A DNA stretch of 64,000 nt from NCBI GenBank assembly GCA_016930485.1, contig JAFGGP010000035.1, positions 16,625 through 80,624 of the forward strand. Reading direction: 5' to 3'. This document shows, one piece after another, positions 8,803-18,232 of this stretch (its first letter is position 1; each line of letters starts with the position of its first letter). The notes beneath the pieces were generated by a model that had not been told where the DNA came from, did not search any database, and saw nothing but the letters and a program-made list of their open reading frames with translations. This DNA is from Candidatus Omnitrophota bacterium (lineage in GTDB: Bacteria > Omnitrophota > Gorgyraeia > JAFGGP01). The translations under genes were made by a program, and so were the position numbers.

Positions 8803-10491
8803 CTACATTTTTGCAGGTGCGGTAATGCCCAAAAGCCTCAACCCATTGGCAAGAACGGTCTTTACGCAATGGATTAAAAAGAGGCGGCCTGCCGTCACCC
8901 TTTCATCCTCGCCTACGACCTTGTGTTTGGTGTAAAAGAAGTGGAACGCCTTTGCCAGCTCGAGCAAATACGTGGTAATAGCGCAGGGGTCCAGTTGCCG
9001 TGCGGCGGTCCTGACCGATTCGACAAACTGGTGAATTTTTCTCATAAGTTCGACTTCCTCTGAGGATGTCAATAGCATAAGGGCGTCGTCCGGACAGATT
9101 ACGGACCAGTCGGCGCCTGTCTCGTTTGCCTGATATTCAAAAATACTGCAGATCCTCGCATGGGCATACTGAATGTAATAGACAGGGTTTTCCAGAGAGT
9201 GTTTTTTTGCCAGTTCAAGGTCAAAGTCGAGATGGCTTTCCCTGCGTCTCATCATAAAGAAATAGCGGGCGGTGTCCACTCCGACCTCTTCAAACACCTC
9301 CCGCAAGGTAATAAATTTTCCTTCCCTGGTCGACATGGGAATCATCTCTTTCCCCTTGAAAAGCTTGGCAAGCTGAATAATGAGAATATGAATCTGGTCC
9401 TCCGAGTGCCCCAGCGCACGGACCGCCGCCTTCATGCGATTGATATATCCGTGGTGATCGGGCCCCCAGATGTTGACGATAATATCAAATCCTCTCCTGA
9501 ATTTATCGCGGTGGTATGCAATATCAGAGGCAAGATAGGTATACTCACCGTCCGATTTTCGAACAACCCTATCCTTATCGTCGCCGAAGCGGCTTGAGGC
9601 AAACCACATCGCCCCCTCTGCCTCATACACAAACTGCCGTCCTTTAAGCTGCTCGAGCACCTCTTCGATCTGGCCGCTCGCTATAAGGGCTGCCTGACTG
9701 CTGTAGATATCGAACTCGACGTCAAACTCCTTCAGGTCCTGCTTAATAGTATCAAGAATCTCCTCGCAACCAAACGCAATAAAAGGTTTCAGGCTGTCTG
9801 AGTCCTTGAGCGTATCGCCCTTTTGTTCGATTAACTTCCTAGCAATATCATAGATGTACTCCCCCTTATAGCCGTCTTCGGGAAATGCAGCCTGGCAACC
9901 GGTAAGTTCGCAATAGCGCGCCCTGATAGAGGCGCCTAAAAGCTCCATCTGCCGGCCTTCGTCGTTCAGATAATACTCCCGCGTCACCTTAAACCCCGTA
10001 AAAGCGAGGATGCGTGCCAGGGCATCACCGACAGCGGCTTGCCTTCCGTGGGCAACGGTCAGGGGGCCCGTAGGATTGGCGCTGACAAATTCAATTTGGA
10101 CCTTTTTGCCGCGCCCAACATCCACCCTGCCAAAATCCGCCCCCTCGCGATGAACCTCCCGCAGGATGGCGCATAAAACTTTCCTGCTGAGGCGAAAATT
10201 CAGAAAACCGGGACGGGCAACCTCAACGGCATCAAAGGCACCCGACAATACCTCATCTGAGGCGCTCTTCTCAATAAAAAACGCCCTTATTTTTTCGGCA
10301 ATCTCCATGGGGGGTTTTTTTACTGTGCCCGAAAGCTGCAACGCCATGTTCGTCGCAATATCACCGTGTTGAAAATCTTTGGGAATGTCTAGACAGACGG
10401 GAAACTGGCGGGTGTCGCTGATGGAAAAAAGTCCTTCCAGCGACCGTTTAAGTACTGTAACCATTCTTTCTTCAAGCAACACAACAGACAT
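8803..10491 (-). CDS. argS: Arginine--tRNA ligase
   Basis: Class I aaRS with ANPTGPLTVAHGR (HIGH region) and MSTREGK (KMSKS-like). Full-length at 562 aa. Confidence 0.95.
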   Translation of the reverse strand: MSVVLLEERMVTVLKRSLEGLFSISDTRQFPVCLDIPKDFQHGDIATNMALQLSGTVKKPPMEIAEKIRAFFIEKSASDEVLSGAFDAVEVARPGFLNFRLSRKVLCAILREVHREGADFGRVDVGRGKKVQIEFVSANPTGPLTVAHGRQAAVGDALARILAFTGFKVTREYYLNDEGRQMELLGASIRARYCELTGCQAAFPEDGYKGEYIYDIARKLIEQKGDTLKDSDSLKPFIAFGCEEILDTIKQDLKEFDVEFDIYSSQAALIASGQIEEVLEQLKGRQFVYEAEGAMWFASSRFGDDKDRVVRKSDGEYTYLASDIAYHRDKFRRGFDIIVNIWGPDHHGYINRMKAAVRALGHSEDQIHILIIQLAKLFKGKEMIPMSTREGKFITLREVFEEVGVDTARYFFMMRRRESHLDFDLELAKKHSLENPVYYIQYAHARICSIFEYQANETGADWSVICPDDALMLLTSSEEVELMRKIHQFVESVRTAARQLDPCAITTYLLELAKAFHFFYTKHKVVGEDERVTAGRLFLIHCVKTVLANGLRLLGITAPAKM

Positions 10492-10523
10492 GACAGCTCC
10501 ATGGTGACCCCTTTACAGAGAGA

Positions 10524-10883
10524 TTATTGTACAGGTTGGAAGGCTTCTTTGGGGGCATCCCCCCACAGACGCTCTAAGTCGTAAAATGTCCTTGTCTGTG
10601 GGTAAAAAATATGGGCGATGACATCACCATAATCTAACAATATCCATAAGGCTTCACTATAGCCTTCTACGTGCAAAACGCGGCATGCGCTCTTTTTCAT
10701 CCCCTCACGGATTCCATCGGCTATTGCCTGCACATTTCGCGTTGAGGAGCCATGACAGATAACAAAATAATCCGTAAAATCAACGATGCCCTGTAATTTT
10801 AAAAATGTGATATCCTGGGCTTTTTTATCGTGGGCAAACCGGGCTATTAAATATGCCTTATCTTTTGAGGTTGTAGTTCCCAA
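10524..10883 (-). CDS. rsfS: Ribosome silencing factor
   Basis: DITFLKLQGIVDFTDYFVICHGSSTRNVQAIADGI is typical of the RsfS/iojap family. The start codon at 10883 is TTG and there is no nearby ATG. Confidence 0.88.
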   Translation of the reverse strand: MGTTTSKDKAYLIARFAHDKKAQDITFLKLQGIVDFTDYFVICHGSSTRNVQAIADGIREGMKKSACRVLHVEGYSEALWILLDYGDVIAHIFYPQTRTFYDLERLWGDAPKEAFQPVQ

Positions 10884-10904
10884 AATGTCTTTGCCTTACG
10901 GTCC

Positions 10905-11045
10905 CTACTTCTTCATAATCCGGAACATCGACGTTCCGCAATCCGGGCACTTGCCCTTCATCGCGGTACGGCCATTCTTCATAGTCACTTCTTTGGCGCT
11001 GGCCATCTGTTTTTTGCCTTTACATTTAACGCAATAGGCCTCCAT
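10905..11045 (-). CDS. 46-aa zinc-ribbon protein (DUF5679-like)
   Basis: Below the track size cut-off and found by hand: GGAGGTAGGG-ATG, MEAYCVKCKGKKQMASAKEVTMKNGRTAMKGKCPDCGTSMFRIMKK-TAG. It has two CxxC pairs. From memory the pattern matches the DUF5679 small-protein family. Confidence 0.7.
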   Translation of the reverse strand: MEAYCVKCKGKKQMASAKEVTMKNGRTAMKGKCPDCGTSMFRIMKK

Positions 11046-11099
11046 CCCTACCTCCTTTTCCGTTTCTCCCGTTAAACACTTAAGTTAAAACGTGAATGC

Positions 11100-11129
11100 A
11101 GTGTACCATAGACTATTTTTTAGTGTCAA
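11100..11129 (-). promoter_or_regulatory. Sigma70-like promoter, TTGACA-N18-TACACT, upstream of the 46-aa zinc-ribbon gene
   Basis: On the minus strand the -35 is at 11129-11124 and the -10 at 11105-11100. Confidence 0.35.
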
Positions 11130-11147
11130 GAATAAAACAAGTCAGGT

Positions 11148-12131
11148 TCACTCGCTGATTTCCCCGACCAGTTCTTCGAGAAGATCCTCTATGGTAATTA
11201 ATCCAACGGTGTTCCTGTCTTTCTCGAGGAGGATGGCAATTTGCTGATGTCGGGAGCGCAGAAGGGGCAGAAGGTTATCGATGAATATGTCCTGAGAAAC
11301 AAACAAGATAGGACGCATATACTCGAGGACTTCCCGACGAGGGTCGTCCTCAAACAGGATATCAAGGGCCGCAATAAACCCGACAATCTCGCGAGGGTTA
11401 TCGGCATATACCGGGATACGGGAAAAGCCGCTTGTCGTAAGTAAGCCTCTCAGGTCAGAAAGAGGGCGGTGCATCTCGATGGAACGCACATCCTTAAAGG
11501 GCACCATAATATCCTGTGCCCTTTTGCGGCTAAATTCAAAGATGCTCGTGATCATAAAACGCTCGTATTTTCCAATGACGCCTTTCGGTCCGCTCTCCAA
11601 TAACAGGCGTTTCAGCTCTTCTTTGGTAACAAAAATATTCTTCCTGGTCGGGATATTCCTATCGAGAAACATCATGAAGAAATTGCTCACCCGCGTTAGC
11701 AACAGAACAACGGGGCGAAGCAGCATGCAGAAGATATGCAGGGGGTAAATCGTGACAAATATAATCTGGTTTGCCCATTGCCTAAAACATGCCTTGGGGA
11801 TAAGCTCTCCGAATAAGAGCACAAGGATAGTAAGCATACAGGTCCCTACCCATGCATAGCGGGGCCCTGCAATGCGTATAACCAGGTCTGTCGTAAGGGC
11901 GGCGGCGCTGACGGCGCAGATGTTGGTGCCTACAAGAATAGTCCCGAGAAAATGGTCGGGATTCTTGAGCACCGAAAGCACTAAACGGGCCACCGGGATG
12001 TGTTCCTCATCGGCCAAAAATTTCATCTTTACCTTATCCAGAGAAATAAGCCCGATCTCGCTCCCGGCAAAAAAACCCTCCAGCAGGATACACCCGACAA
12101 TTGCCGTGCATTCCAGAAGATACTGTACCAT
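11148..12131 (-). CDS. CNNM/DUF21 + CBS-pair membrane protein (no CorC_HlyC domain)
   Basis: N-terminal four-TM DUF21 (GSEIGLISLD...GELIPK) followed by a CBS pair. It is a tandem paralogue of the next gene. Confidence 0.8.
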   Translation of the reverse strand: MVQYLLECTAIVGCILLEGFFAGSEIGLISLDKVKMKFLADEEHIPVARLVLSVLKNPDHFLGTILVGTNICAVSAAALTTDLVIRIAGPRYAWVGTCMLTILVLLFGELIPKACFRQWANQIIFVTIYPLHIFCMLLRPVVLLLTRVSNFFMMFLDRNIPTRKNIFVTKEELKRLLLESGPKGVIGKYERFMITSIFEFSRKRAQDIMVPFKDVRSIEMHRPLSDLRGLLTTSGFSRIPVYADNPREIVGFIAALDILFEDDPRREVLEYMRPILFVSQDIFIDNLLPLLRSRHQQIAILLEKDRNTVGLITIEDLLEELVGEISE

Positions 12132-12134
12132 TTC

Positions 12135-13385
12135 CTACCGACCCCCTGTACCGTGGTCCTGCTTTTCTATTAATACCTTCTTAATACGGTTGCTCCCCAC
12201 CTCTTCGATCTCAAAGATATGCCCTCCGGCGCGCACCCTCTCACCCTTTGTCGGAAACCTTTCTAGTATGGATAAAAGATATCCTCCGAGCGTCTCGACT
12301 TCCTCCGATTCAAGGCGAATGCCGGTCTTTCTCTCTAGATCAGCCAAGGATATGTCGCCTTCCACCCTCATCGTATGTCCGTCTATCTTTTCCACCAACG
12401 GGCCTTCAACATCATACTCATCGTGTATCTCTCCCACCACCTCTTCCAGTATGTCCTCAATGGTTATTAAACCGGCGGTTCCTCCGTACTCGTCGATAAC
12501 AATAGCCATTGGTATCTGTTTTCTCTGCAGCGTCTTAAGAAGATCGTCTATTTTCTGCGCCTCCGGAATAAAGACCACCTCACGCAGCAACGTCCTAACC
12601 TCCTGATTTCTGTTTAACATATAATCCTTCGTATATATGAAGCCCAGGATTTTGTCGACACTCTCTTCAAAGATTGGGATTTTCGTGTGTCTGTTTTTCT
12701 TCATGACTCTGACAATCTCTTCGGGTTCCTCATGCACATCGCAGGCAATAATATCAACCCTCGGTGTCATAATTTCATTGCACGAGCGCTCACCAAATTC
12801 AAAAATTGCGTTGAGCATTTCACGTTCATCCTTATCGATGGCGCCGCTCTCCTCGCCTAAGGCCACCAAGGCCTTAAGTTCCTCTTCCGCCTCCTCCCTC
12901 TTCTCTCCCGCCGCAGCAATGCCGGCAAAACGAAGGATGGCGCTCACTAATGGCCTGATAATAAAACGGAAAGGAAAAAAAAGCAAGGCGAACAATTCAA
13001 GAGGCAAGGCAAAGGCGGCTGCAAGGGTTTCGGAACTCCGAATAGCTATGCGTTTCGGGGTGATCTCCCCAAACAGAAGAAGACAGAAGGTCGTCACCCC
13101 GATGCTGATGCCGATGCCTCTTGCGCCAAACCACCGAATCGCCAGCGCAGTCGCAAGAGTCGCTGCCGACAGATTGACCAGCATGTTACCGATCAGCACG
13201 GTGGTCAGCGTGCGGCGGGGTGAGCGTATAAGATTTTCTATGTGTCTCCTGAGAAAGGGGTGCCTGTGCTGGATTCGTCGCACCTGAAATTTGTTCAGGG
13301 AAAACAGGGCGGTTTCAGCGGAAGAAAAAAATGCGGAAAGCCCAAGGAGTGCGGCAAGGACAAATAGTAAGATAAGGGCATTCAT
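12135..13385 (-). CDS. Hemolysin/CorC family protein (DUF21 + CBS pair + CorC_HlyC)
   Basis: SAETALFSLN...GEITPKRIA, a CBS pair, and a C-terminal transporter-associated domain (GHTMRVEGDISLADLE...GGYLL). Confidence 0.85.
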   Translation of the reverse strand: MNALILLFVLAALLGLSAFFSSAETALFSLNKFQVRRIQHRHPFLRRHIENLIRSPRRTLTTVLIGNMLVNLSAATLATALAIRWFGARGIGISIGVTTFCLLLFGEITPKRIAIRSSETLAAAFALPLELFALLFFPFRFIIRPLVSAILRFAGIAAAGEKREEAEEELKALVALGEESGAIDKDEREMLNAIFEFGERSCNEIMTPRVDIIACDVHEEPEEIVRVMKKNRHTKIPIFEESVDKILGFIYTKDYMLNRNQEVRTLLREVVFIPEAQKIDDLLKTLQRKQIPMAIVIDEYGGTAGLITIEDILEEVVGEIHDEYDVEGPLVEKIDGHTMRVEGDISLADLERKTGIRLESEEVETLGGYLLSILERFPTKGERVRAGGHIFEIEEVGSNRIKKVLIEKQDHGTGGR

Positions 13386-13954
13386 AAATACAGCTTGTGT
13401 TCCTTAATGTATTGCTCGACCGACGCAGGCACAAGTCCGGTTATTGAAAGTCTCTTTCGAATCCGATCTCTGATATCCCGGGCAGAAATCGGTATCGGTT
13501 CTATGGCAACAGACACAAAAGAGCCCGGTTCTCTCTCATGGATCTCGCACCCAGGTCGTTCGACAACTATAATCTGTGCAAGTCGAATAATCTCATTGGG
13601 ATTTTTCCAGTCCCAAAAATCAGCAAGGTTATCAGACCCGATAATAAAAAAAAGCGCGTCGTCCTCACCGCACTGTTTACGCAGACCTCGCAGCGTATCC
13701 ACGGTATAAGAAAAACCCTTCCTGTCGATTTCCGCAGATGAGGCCTCAAGACCTTCAATATCCTCTATAGCTGCCCGCACCATCGCAAGACGATCGCGGC
13801 AATCGGCAATGTTACCGTGCGATTTATGGGGCGGTATATAGGCGGGTATAAAAATGACCTTATCCAGGGCGAGCGCCTCCTTTGCCTGGCGGGCGATTCC
13901 CATATGGCCATTATGAATCGGATTGAACGTCCCTCCCAAAATCCCTATCTTCAT
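13382..13954 (-). CDS. nadD: Nicotinate-nucleotide adenylyltransferase
   Basis: MKIGILGGTFNPIHNGH. The track start at 14002 is TTG and would overlap proA. ATG 13954 follows the proA stop (13971). Confidence 0.92.
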   Translation of the reverse strand: MKIGILGGTFNPIHNGHMGIARQAKEALALDKVIFIPAYIPPHKSHGNIADCRDRLAMVRAAIEDIEGLEASSAEIDRKGFSYTVDTLRGLRKQCGEDDALFFIIGSDNLADFWDWKNPNEIIRLAQIIVVERPGCEIHEREPGSFVSVAIEPIPISARDIRDRIRKRLSITGLVPASVEQYIKEHKLYL

Positions 13955-13970
13955 TATAGATACACAATAT

Positions 13971-15236
13971 TTAGGTCCTGATTTGCCCACTGCCAAAGAC
14001 AATGTATTTATAGGTCGTCAATTCATCAACCCCCACCGGTCCCCGCGCATGCAGTTTATCGGTGCTAATCCCTATCTCGGCACCGAGCCCAAACTGACCC
14101 CCGTCAGTAAAACGGGTGGAGGCATTGACATATACGGCCGCAGAATCCACCTCTTGAAGAAAACGCATTGCCTCATGGATATTCTCGGTGACAATCGCAT
14201 CGGAATGGTGAGAACCATACCTATTGATATGAGTAATAGCCGCCTCTGATGAATTTACCACCCTGACCGATAAAATGAGATCAAGATACTCGGTAAACCA
14301 GTCCTCTTCCGTTGCTTTTTTTACGCCCTTAGACACGATGGCACGGGTCTTTTCACATCCGCGGATTTCAACTTTTTTTCTTTTGAGTGCATGGATCACA
14401 CGCGGCAGAAATATGCTGGCTTTATCCTTATGTACCAAGAGCGTCTCGATGGCGTTACAGACTCCCGGCCGCTCTACCTTGGCGTTGATGCAGATCTTCT
14501 CTGCCATATCGCAATCGGCAAAGCGGTCCACGTAGAGATGACAAACACCCTTGTAATGCTTTATGACCGGGATGCGGGACTGCTCGGCAACCGCCTTGAT
14601 TAGGCCTTCGCCGCCCCGCGGAATGACCGCATCGATAAACTCGTCCAGCGTCAACAGATACCCTACGGCCTCCCGGTCTGCAGTATCGATAAAATTGACG
14701 GTACCCTCCGGCAGTTCGCCAGCCCGCTTGAGACCCTTCTTCATGGCCGTATATAGTGCACTGTTTGAATAGAGTGCCTCGCTTCCGCCGCGCAGGATTA
14801 CCGCATTCGATGACTTCAAGGTCAGTGCGGCGCAATCACTGGTCACGTTCGGGCGTGACTCATAAATAATACAGATAACGCCTATCGGCACAGTGATTTT
14901 TCCGATCTGCAACCCGTTTGGTCTCTTCCACATTCGTTTGACCTCCCCGATCGGATCGCGCGCGCCGGCCACGTCACGCACCGCCTGCACCATAGCGCCT
15001 ATCCTCTCTTCATTGAGTCGCAGCCGGTCTACAAAGGCCTGGCTTATATTTTTCCTTTTCCGCAACAGGGCTATGTCTCTTTTATTTGCCTTAAGAATGG
15101 TTGAGGCGTGCTGTTTGATTGAAGAGGCCATCTCAAGAAGGGAACGGTCCTTGATATCGGACGACACCTTCATCAGCTGGTATGAGGCTGCTTTTGCCTG
15201 CCTAGCCATCGCACATAGCTCCTTCTTCGCTATCAT
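13971..15236 (-). CDS. proA: Glutamate-5-semialdehyde dehydrogenase
   Basis: Full-length ProA-like aldehyde dehydrogenase fold (NAVILRGGSEA, CNAIETLLVH), sited next to proB. Confidence 0.94.
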   Translation of the reverse strand: MIAKKELCAMARQAKAASYQLMKVSSDIKDRSLLEMASSIKQHASTILKANKRDIALLRKRKNISQAFVDRLRLNEERIGAMVQAVRDVAGARDPIGEVKRMWKRPNGLQIGKITVPIGVICIIYESRPNVTSDCAALTLKSSNAVILRGGSEALYSNSALYTAMKKGLKRAGELPEGTVNFIDTADREAVGYLLTLDEFIDAVIPRGGEGLIKAVAEQSRIPVIKHYKGVCHLYVDRFADCDMAEKICINAKVERPGVCNAIETLLVHKDKASIFLPRVIHALKRKKVEIRGCEKTRAIVSKGVKKATEEDWFTEYLDLILSVRVVNSSEAAITHINRYGSHHSDAIVTENIHEAMRFLQEVDSAAVYVNASTRFTDGGQFGLGAEIGISTDKLHARGPVGVDELTTYKYIVFGSGQIRT

Positions 15237-15277
15237 CGCTGCACCCCTTTTTGATTCCAGATACCGTTCAAGATCCG

Positions 15278-16399
15278 TTATAGCAGAACAAGATTGTTCC
15301 TGTGGATAACCTCGTCAAAATAGTTCTGGCCCAAGACCGATTCTATCTGGGAGCTTTTCAGCCCCTTTATCTTAAGCACCTCGGTGCTTGAATAATTGGA
15401 GAGACCCTTGGCAAACTCCTCCCCCTGCCTATCAACGAGACTCACACAGTCCCCGGCCCGAAAAGAGCCGTTTGTGCCGGTTATTCCACTGGCCAGGAGG
15501 CTCCGCCCCTGACGCATCAACACCTCTTTTGCCCCCTCGTCCACCGTTATCGTGCCCTTCGAAGATAACCCAAAAGCCAGCCATCGCTTCTTTGCATCAA
15601 GCCTCTTGACCCTTTTCAAAAAAAAGGTCCCTACCTCTTTCCCTTCCACAATATCCTCGATAACCCGGCCGCGTCTGCCGCTCGCAATAACAGCATGCGT
15701 GCCAGAGGCGGTTGCCATTTTTATTGCCTCAAGTTTCGTAATCATACCCCCTACGGAGGTCTCGCTCGTGGCCCCGCGGGCATGTCCGCACAGCTCCCGG
15801 GATATCTCCTCTACGTACGTCTGGAGACACTCCCTGCCCTGGCAATCGCGGACAAAAAAACCTTCGATATCGCTTAAAATAATCAAAAGGTCAGCCTCCA
15901 CCAGACCCGCAACCAGCGCGCTCAATGTGTCGTTATCTCCGAATTTAATCTCTTCGACAGCAACCGTATCATTCTCGTTGATAATCGGTATGACCCCGCA
16001 CCTGAGAAGGGCATAGAGCGTATTGCGGGCATTTAAGTACCGGGTCCGGTGCATCAGATCGTCCCTTGTCAAAAGTACCTGTGCAGTATGGAACTGTTGT
16101 TTTGAAAAATACAACTCGTACGCATCAACCAGCTTCCCCTGGCCAATCGCCGCACAGGCCTGCAGTTCCGGCAGGAGCGTCGGTCTCTTTCTGTACCCAA
16201 GCACACTCATGCCTAAACCGATCGCCCCCGAACTGACCAAAATAACCTCTTTACCTTTTTTGCGCAGCCGGGAGACCTCTTCGACCATCTGCTTCAAAAA
16301 ACGTCTATTCAGGGCATAATCCCCTGAAATAAGCAGGCTTGTTCCGATCTTAATAACGATCTTTTTGGGTGAGCCAATGTGTTTTTTTCTCATATGCAT
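15278..16399 (-). CDS. proB: Glutamate 5-kinase with C-terminal PUA domain
   Basis: IVIKIGTSLL, NENDTVA, FGDNDTLSA, and a PUA-like tail. The alternative ATG at 16393 has better SD spacing. Confidence 0.94.
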   Translation of the reverse strand: MHMRKKHIGSPKKIVIKIGTSLLISGDYALNRRFLKQMVEEVSRLRKKGKEVILVSSGAIGLGMSVLGYRKRPTLLPELQACAAIGQGKLVDAYELYFSKQQFHTAQVLLTRDDLMHRTRYLNARNTLYALLRCGVIPIINENDTVAVEEIKFGDNDTLSALVAGLVEADLLIILSDIEGFFVRDCQGRECLQTYVEEISRELCGHARGATSETSVGGMITKLEAIKMATASGTHAVIASGRRGRVIEDIVEGKEVGTFFLKRVKRLDAKKRWLAFGLSSKGTITVDEGAKEVLMRQGRSLLASGITGTNGSFRAGDCVSLVDRQGEEFAKGLSNYSSTEVLKIKGLKSSQIESVLGQNYFDEVIHRNNLVLL

Positions 16400-16442
16400 G
16401 CCTCAATACCGTATGCTGGTAGCCCCTATCAATGCCTGAATG

Positions 16443-17438
16443 TCACCGTGATTCCATCCCCTGCCGACGCAGACAGACAACGGTATCCTTAAGAAGTGCA
16501 TCAATCCCTTCTCCCGTAACCGTCGATACCGGGTATACCTTCTCCTGTGATAAGGCCTTTTCCAATACTATAAGGGCCTGCCGGCCTCCTTTACATTCTA
16601 TCTTATTGGCAACGAGCACGCGTTCTTTTTTGAGAAGTCCGCCGTCGATCATAGCCATCTCCCTGCAGAGGGCATGAAAATCTTCTACCGGATCAGGGGC
16701 CTCATCGGAGGCAACGCTCATAACAACATAGAGGAGACGGCATCGGCTCAGGTGATGTACATATTCCACGCCCGCACCTCTTCCGTCGTGGGAACCGGGT
16801 GTTAAGGCTGGAATGTCAAGGCACACAAATCGGAAATCGACAGTATCAACCGAACCAAGGGAAGGAATGCGTGTAGAGAAAGGGTACGGGGCTACGGTAG
16901 GTTTGGCGTTGGATATCCTTGAAATAAGCGAAGACTTGCCGCTATTCGGCAACCCGACCAAACCAACATCGCAATCAAGCAATAACTCAAGAAGTAGTTC
17001 CCGTTCTTCACCTTTTTCCCCTTTGTCGGCAATGCCGGTTGTTATATTGCCTCTGCCGCCTCTTCCCCCTTTGGCAATGACCACCTGCGCACAGGAGCTT
17101 GCCAGATCTTTATAGACAAGCCCTCCCTGGGCATCCTTAATAATGGTTCCAATGGGAACTTTGATTATGCAGTCTCGGCCATTGGCCCCGTGTTTTTTAT
17201 TGCTGCTACCGTGTTTGCCGTTGACTGCCGAGAAAATTTTATTATAGCGAAATCGTCCGAGGGTTTGAAGATTCGGGTCAGCCTCAATGATGACATTGCC
17301 TCCATTGCCGCCGTGACCGCCGGTCGGTTTGCCCACCAGGACACCGGCCTTCTTTTGATGACTATCACAACCATTGCCGCCGTCCCCCGCCTTCACGACA
17401 ATGCGGGCCCGGTCTTCAAAATTGTGGGATCGCAACAT
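16443..17438 (-). CDS. obg: GTPase Obg/CgtA
   Basis: Glycine-rich Obg fold VKAGDGGNGC...GGHGGNGGN and G1 motif GLPNSGKSS. The track start at 17459 is TTG, and ATG 17438 is the first ATG. Confidence 0.92.
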   Translation of the reverse strand: MLRSHNFEDRARIVVKAGDGGNGCDSHQKKAGVLVGKPTGGHGGNGGNVIIEADPNLQTLGRFRYNKIFSAVNGKHGSSNKKHGANGRDCIIKVPIGTIIKDAQGGLVYKDLASSCAQVVIAKGGRGGRGNITTGIADKGEKGEERELLLELLLDCDVGLVGLPNSGKSSLISRISNAKPTVAPYPFSTRIPSLGSVDTVDFRFVCLDIPALTPGSHDGRGAGVEYVHHLSRCRLLYVVMSVASDEAPDPVEDFHALCREMAMIDGGLLKKERVLVANKIECKGGRQALIVLEKALSQEKVYPVSTVTGEGIDALLKDTVVCLRRQGMESR

Positions 17439-17455
17439 CTGGCAGTTTCCAGCAA

Positions 17456-17701
17456 TCAATGAGATGCAACTACGCTGACAATGCCCTGTTTGGGAAAGTG
17501 TACAACGCCTGCGGCCTTGGCGTAAAGGGTGCGATCTCTGCCTTCTCCTACATTCGCTCCGGGCTTAAAGGCAGAACCCTTCTGACGCACCAAGATAGAT
17601 CCAGCAGATACAAACTGTCCTCCAAAGCGCTTAACCCCCAAGCGCTTTGCATTGCTATCGCGGCCATTCCTGCTTGAACCCATTCCTTTTTTATGAGCCA
17701 T
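17456..17701 (-). CDS. rpmA: 50S ribosomal protein L27
   Basis: [28 protein letters not shown]. Confidence 0.97.
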   Translation of the reverse strand: MAHKKGMGSSRNGRDSNAKRLGVKRFGGQFVSAGSILVRQKGSAFKPGANVGEGRDRTLYAKAAGVVHFPKQGIVSVVASH

Positions 17702-17740
17702 TACACTGCCTCCCCATGCTTGCTAAAATGCGCAACTTTT

Positions 17741-18097
17741 TTATTCATCTGGTGTTATAGAATTTTTCGCCGTTGATGATTTCTTTGCGCTATGTATTGC
17801 CTTAATAGCCACTTTAAGGTATTTCTGTCTGTGACCGGTCTTTTTCTTGTGGCTCTTTCTTTTTTTAAACTTATAAATAATAACCTTTTCCCCTTTGGTC
17901 TCACCCTTGACCGCGCAGACCACCGTTGCCCCGGCTACATACGGGGTGCCAACCTCAACCTTCTTACCATCAGAAATCAGAAGCACCCTGTCCAGTGTTA
18001 TTTCTTTATCTCCTTTATTATCAAAAAGTTCAAACAATACTTCATCTCCTTTTCTGACGATTTGCTGTTTTCCCCCGACATCAATAACGGCGTACAT
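17741..18097 (-). CDS. rplU: 50S ribosomal protein L21
   Basis: MYAVIDVGGKQQIVRKGDEV, followed by a lysine-rich tail. Confidence 0.96.
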   Translation of the reverse strand: MYAVIDVGGKQQIVRKGDEVLFELFDNKGDKEITLDRVLLISDGKKVEVGTPYVAGATVVCAVKGETKGEKVIIYKFKKRKSHKKKTGHRQKYLKVAIKAIHSAKKSSTAKNSITPDE

Positions 18098-18151
18098 GCA
18101 TCCTCCTTAATAAAGGCATATTTTGAAATAAAGACTGGTTAATAAGCTAAT

Positions 18152-18181
18152 AGGATATCATATGAGATTCGGCTGTGTCAA
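18152..18181 (-). promoter_or_regulatory. Sigma70-like promoter, TTGACA-N18-TATCCT, upstream of rplU-rpmA
   Basis: On the minus strand the -35 is at 18181-18176 and the -10 at 18157-18152. It shares CTTGACACAGC with the promoter at 50184. Confidence 0.35.
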
Positions 18182-18232
18182 GTTGCGGGCAAAAAATCCT
18201 TGGTGCCCCCTCCTAGGCGGAAGGAACACGCA

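Noticed and set aside
6878-8869. Short mfd as a pseudogene or assembly truncation
   Set aside because: The frame is intact with all helicase motifs. Both ends are tightly coupled to neighbouring genes, so there is no room for the missing domains in flanking DNA.
11872-13287. Long plus-strand track ORFs (11872..12606, 244 aa; 12637..13287, 216 aa). Similar ones lie at 3886..4494, 4760..5416, 5423..5932, 31369..31899, 35680..36111, 38061..38636, 40576..41094, 42362..42808, 51169..51933, 58516..59097 and 59554..60024.
   Set aside because: Each lies antisense to a minus-strand gene with clear family motifs. Each has a low-complexity Ser/Arg/Pro/Thr-rich composition and no SD, so they are shadow ORFs.
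18182-18232. Terminator after rng (GGGGGCACCAAGGATTTTTTGCCCGC on the minus strand)
   Set aside because: The only pairing is a short GGGC/GCCC stem with the T-run inside the loop, so this is not a canonical intrinsic terminator.
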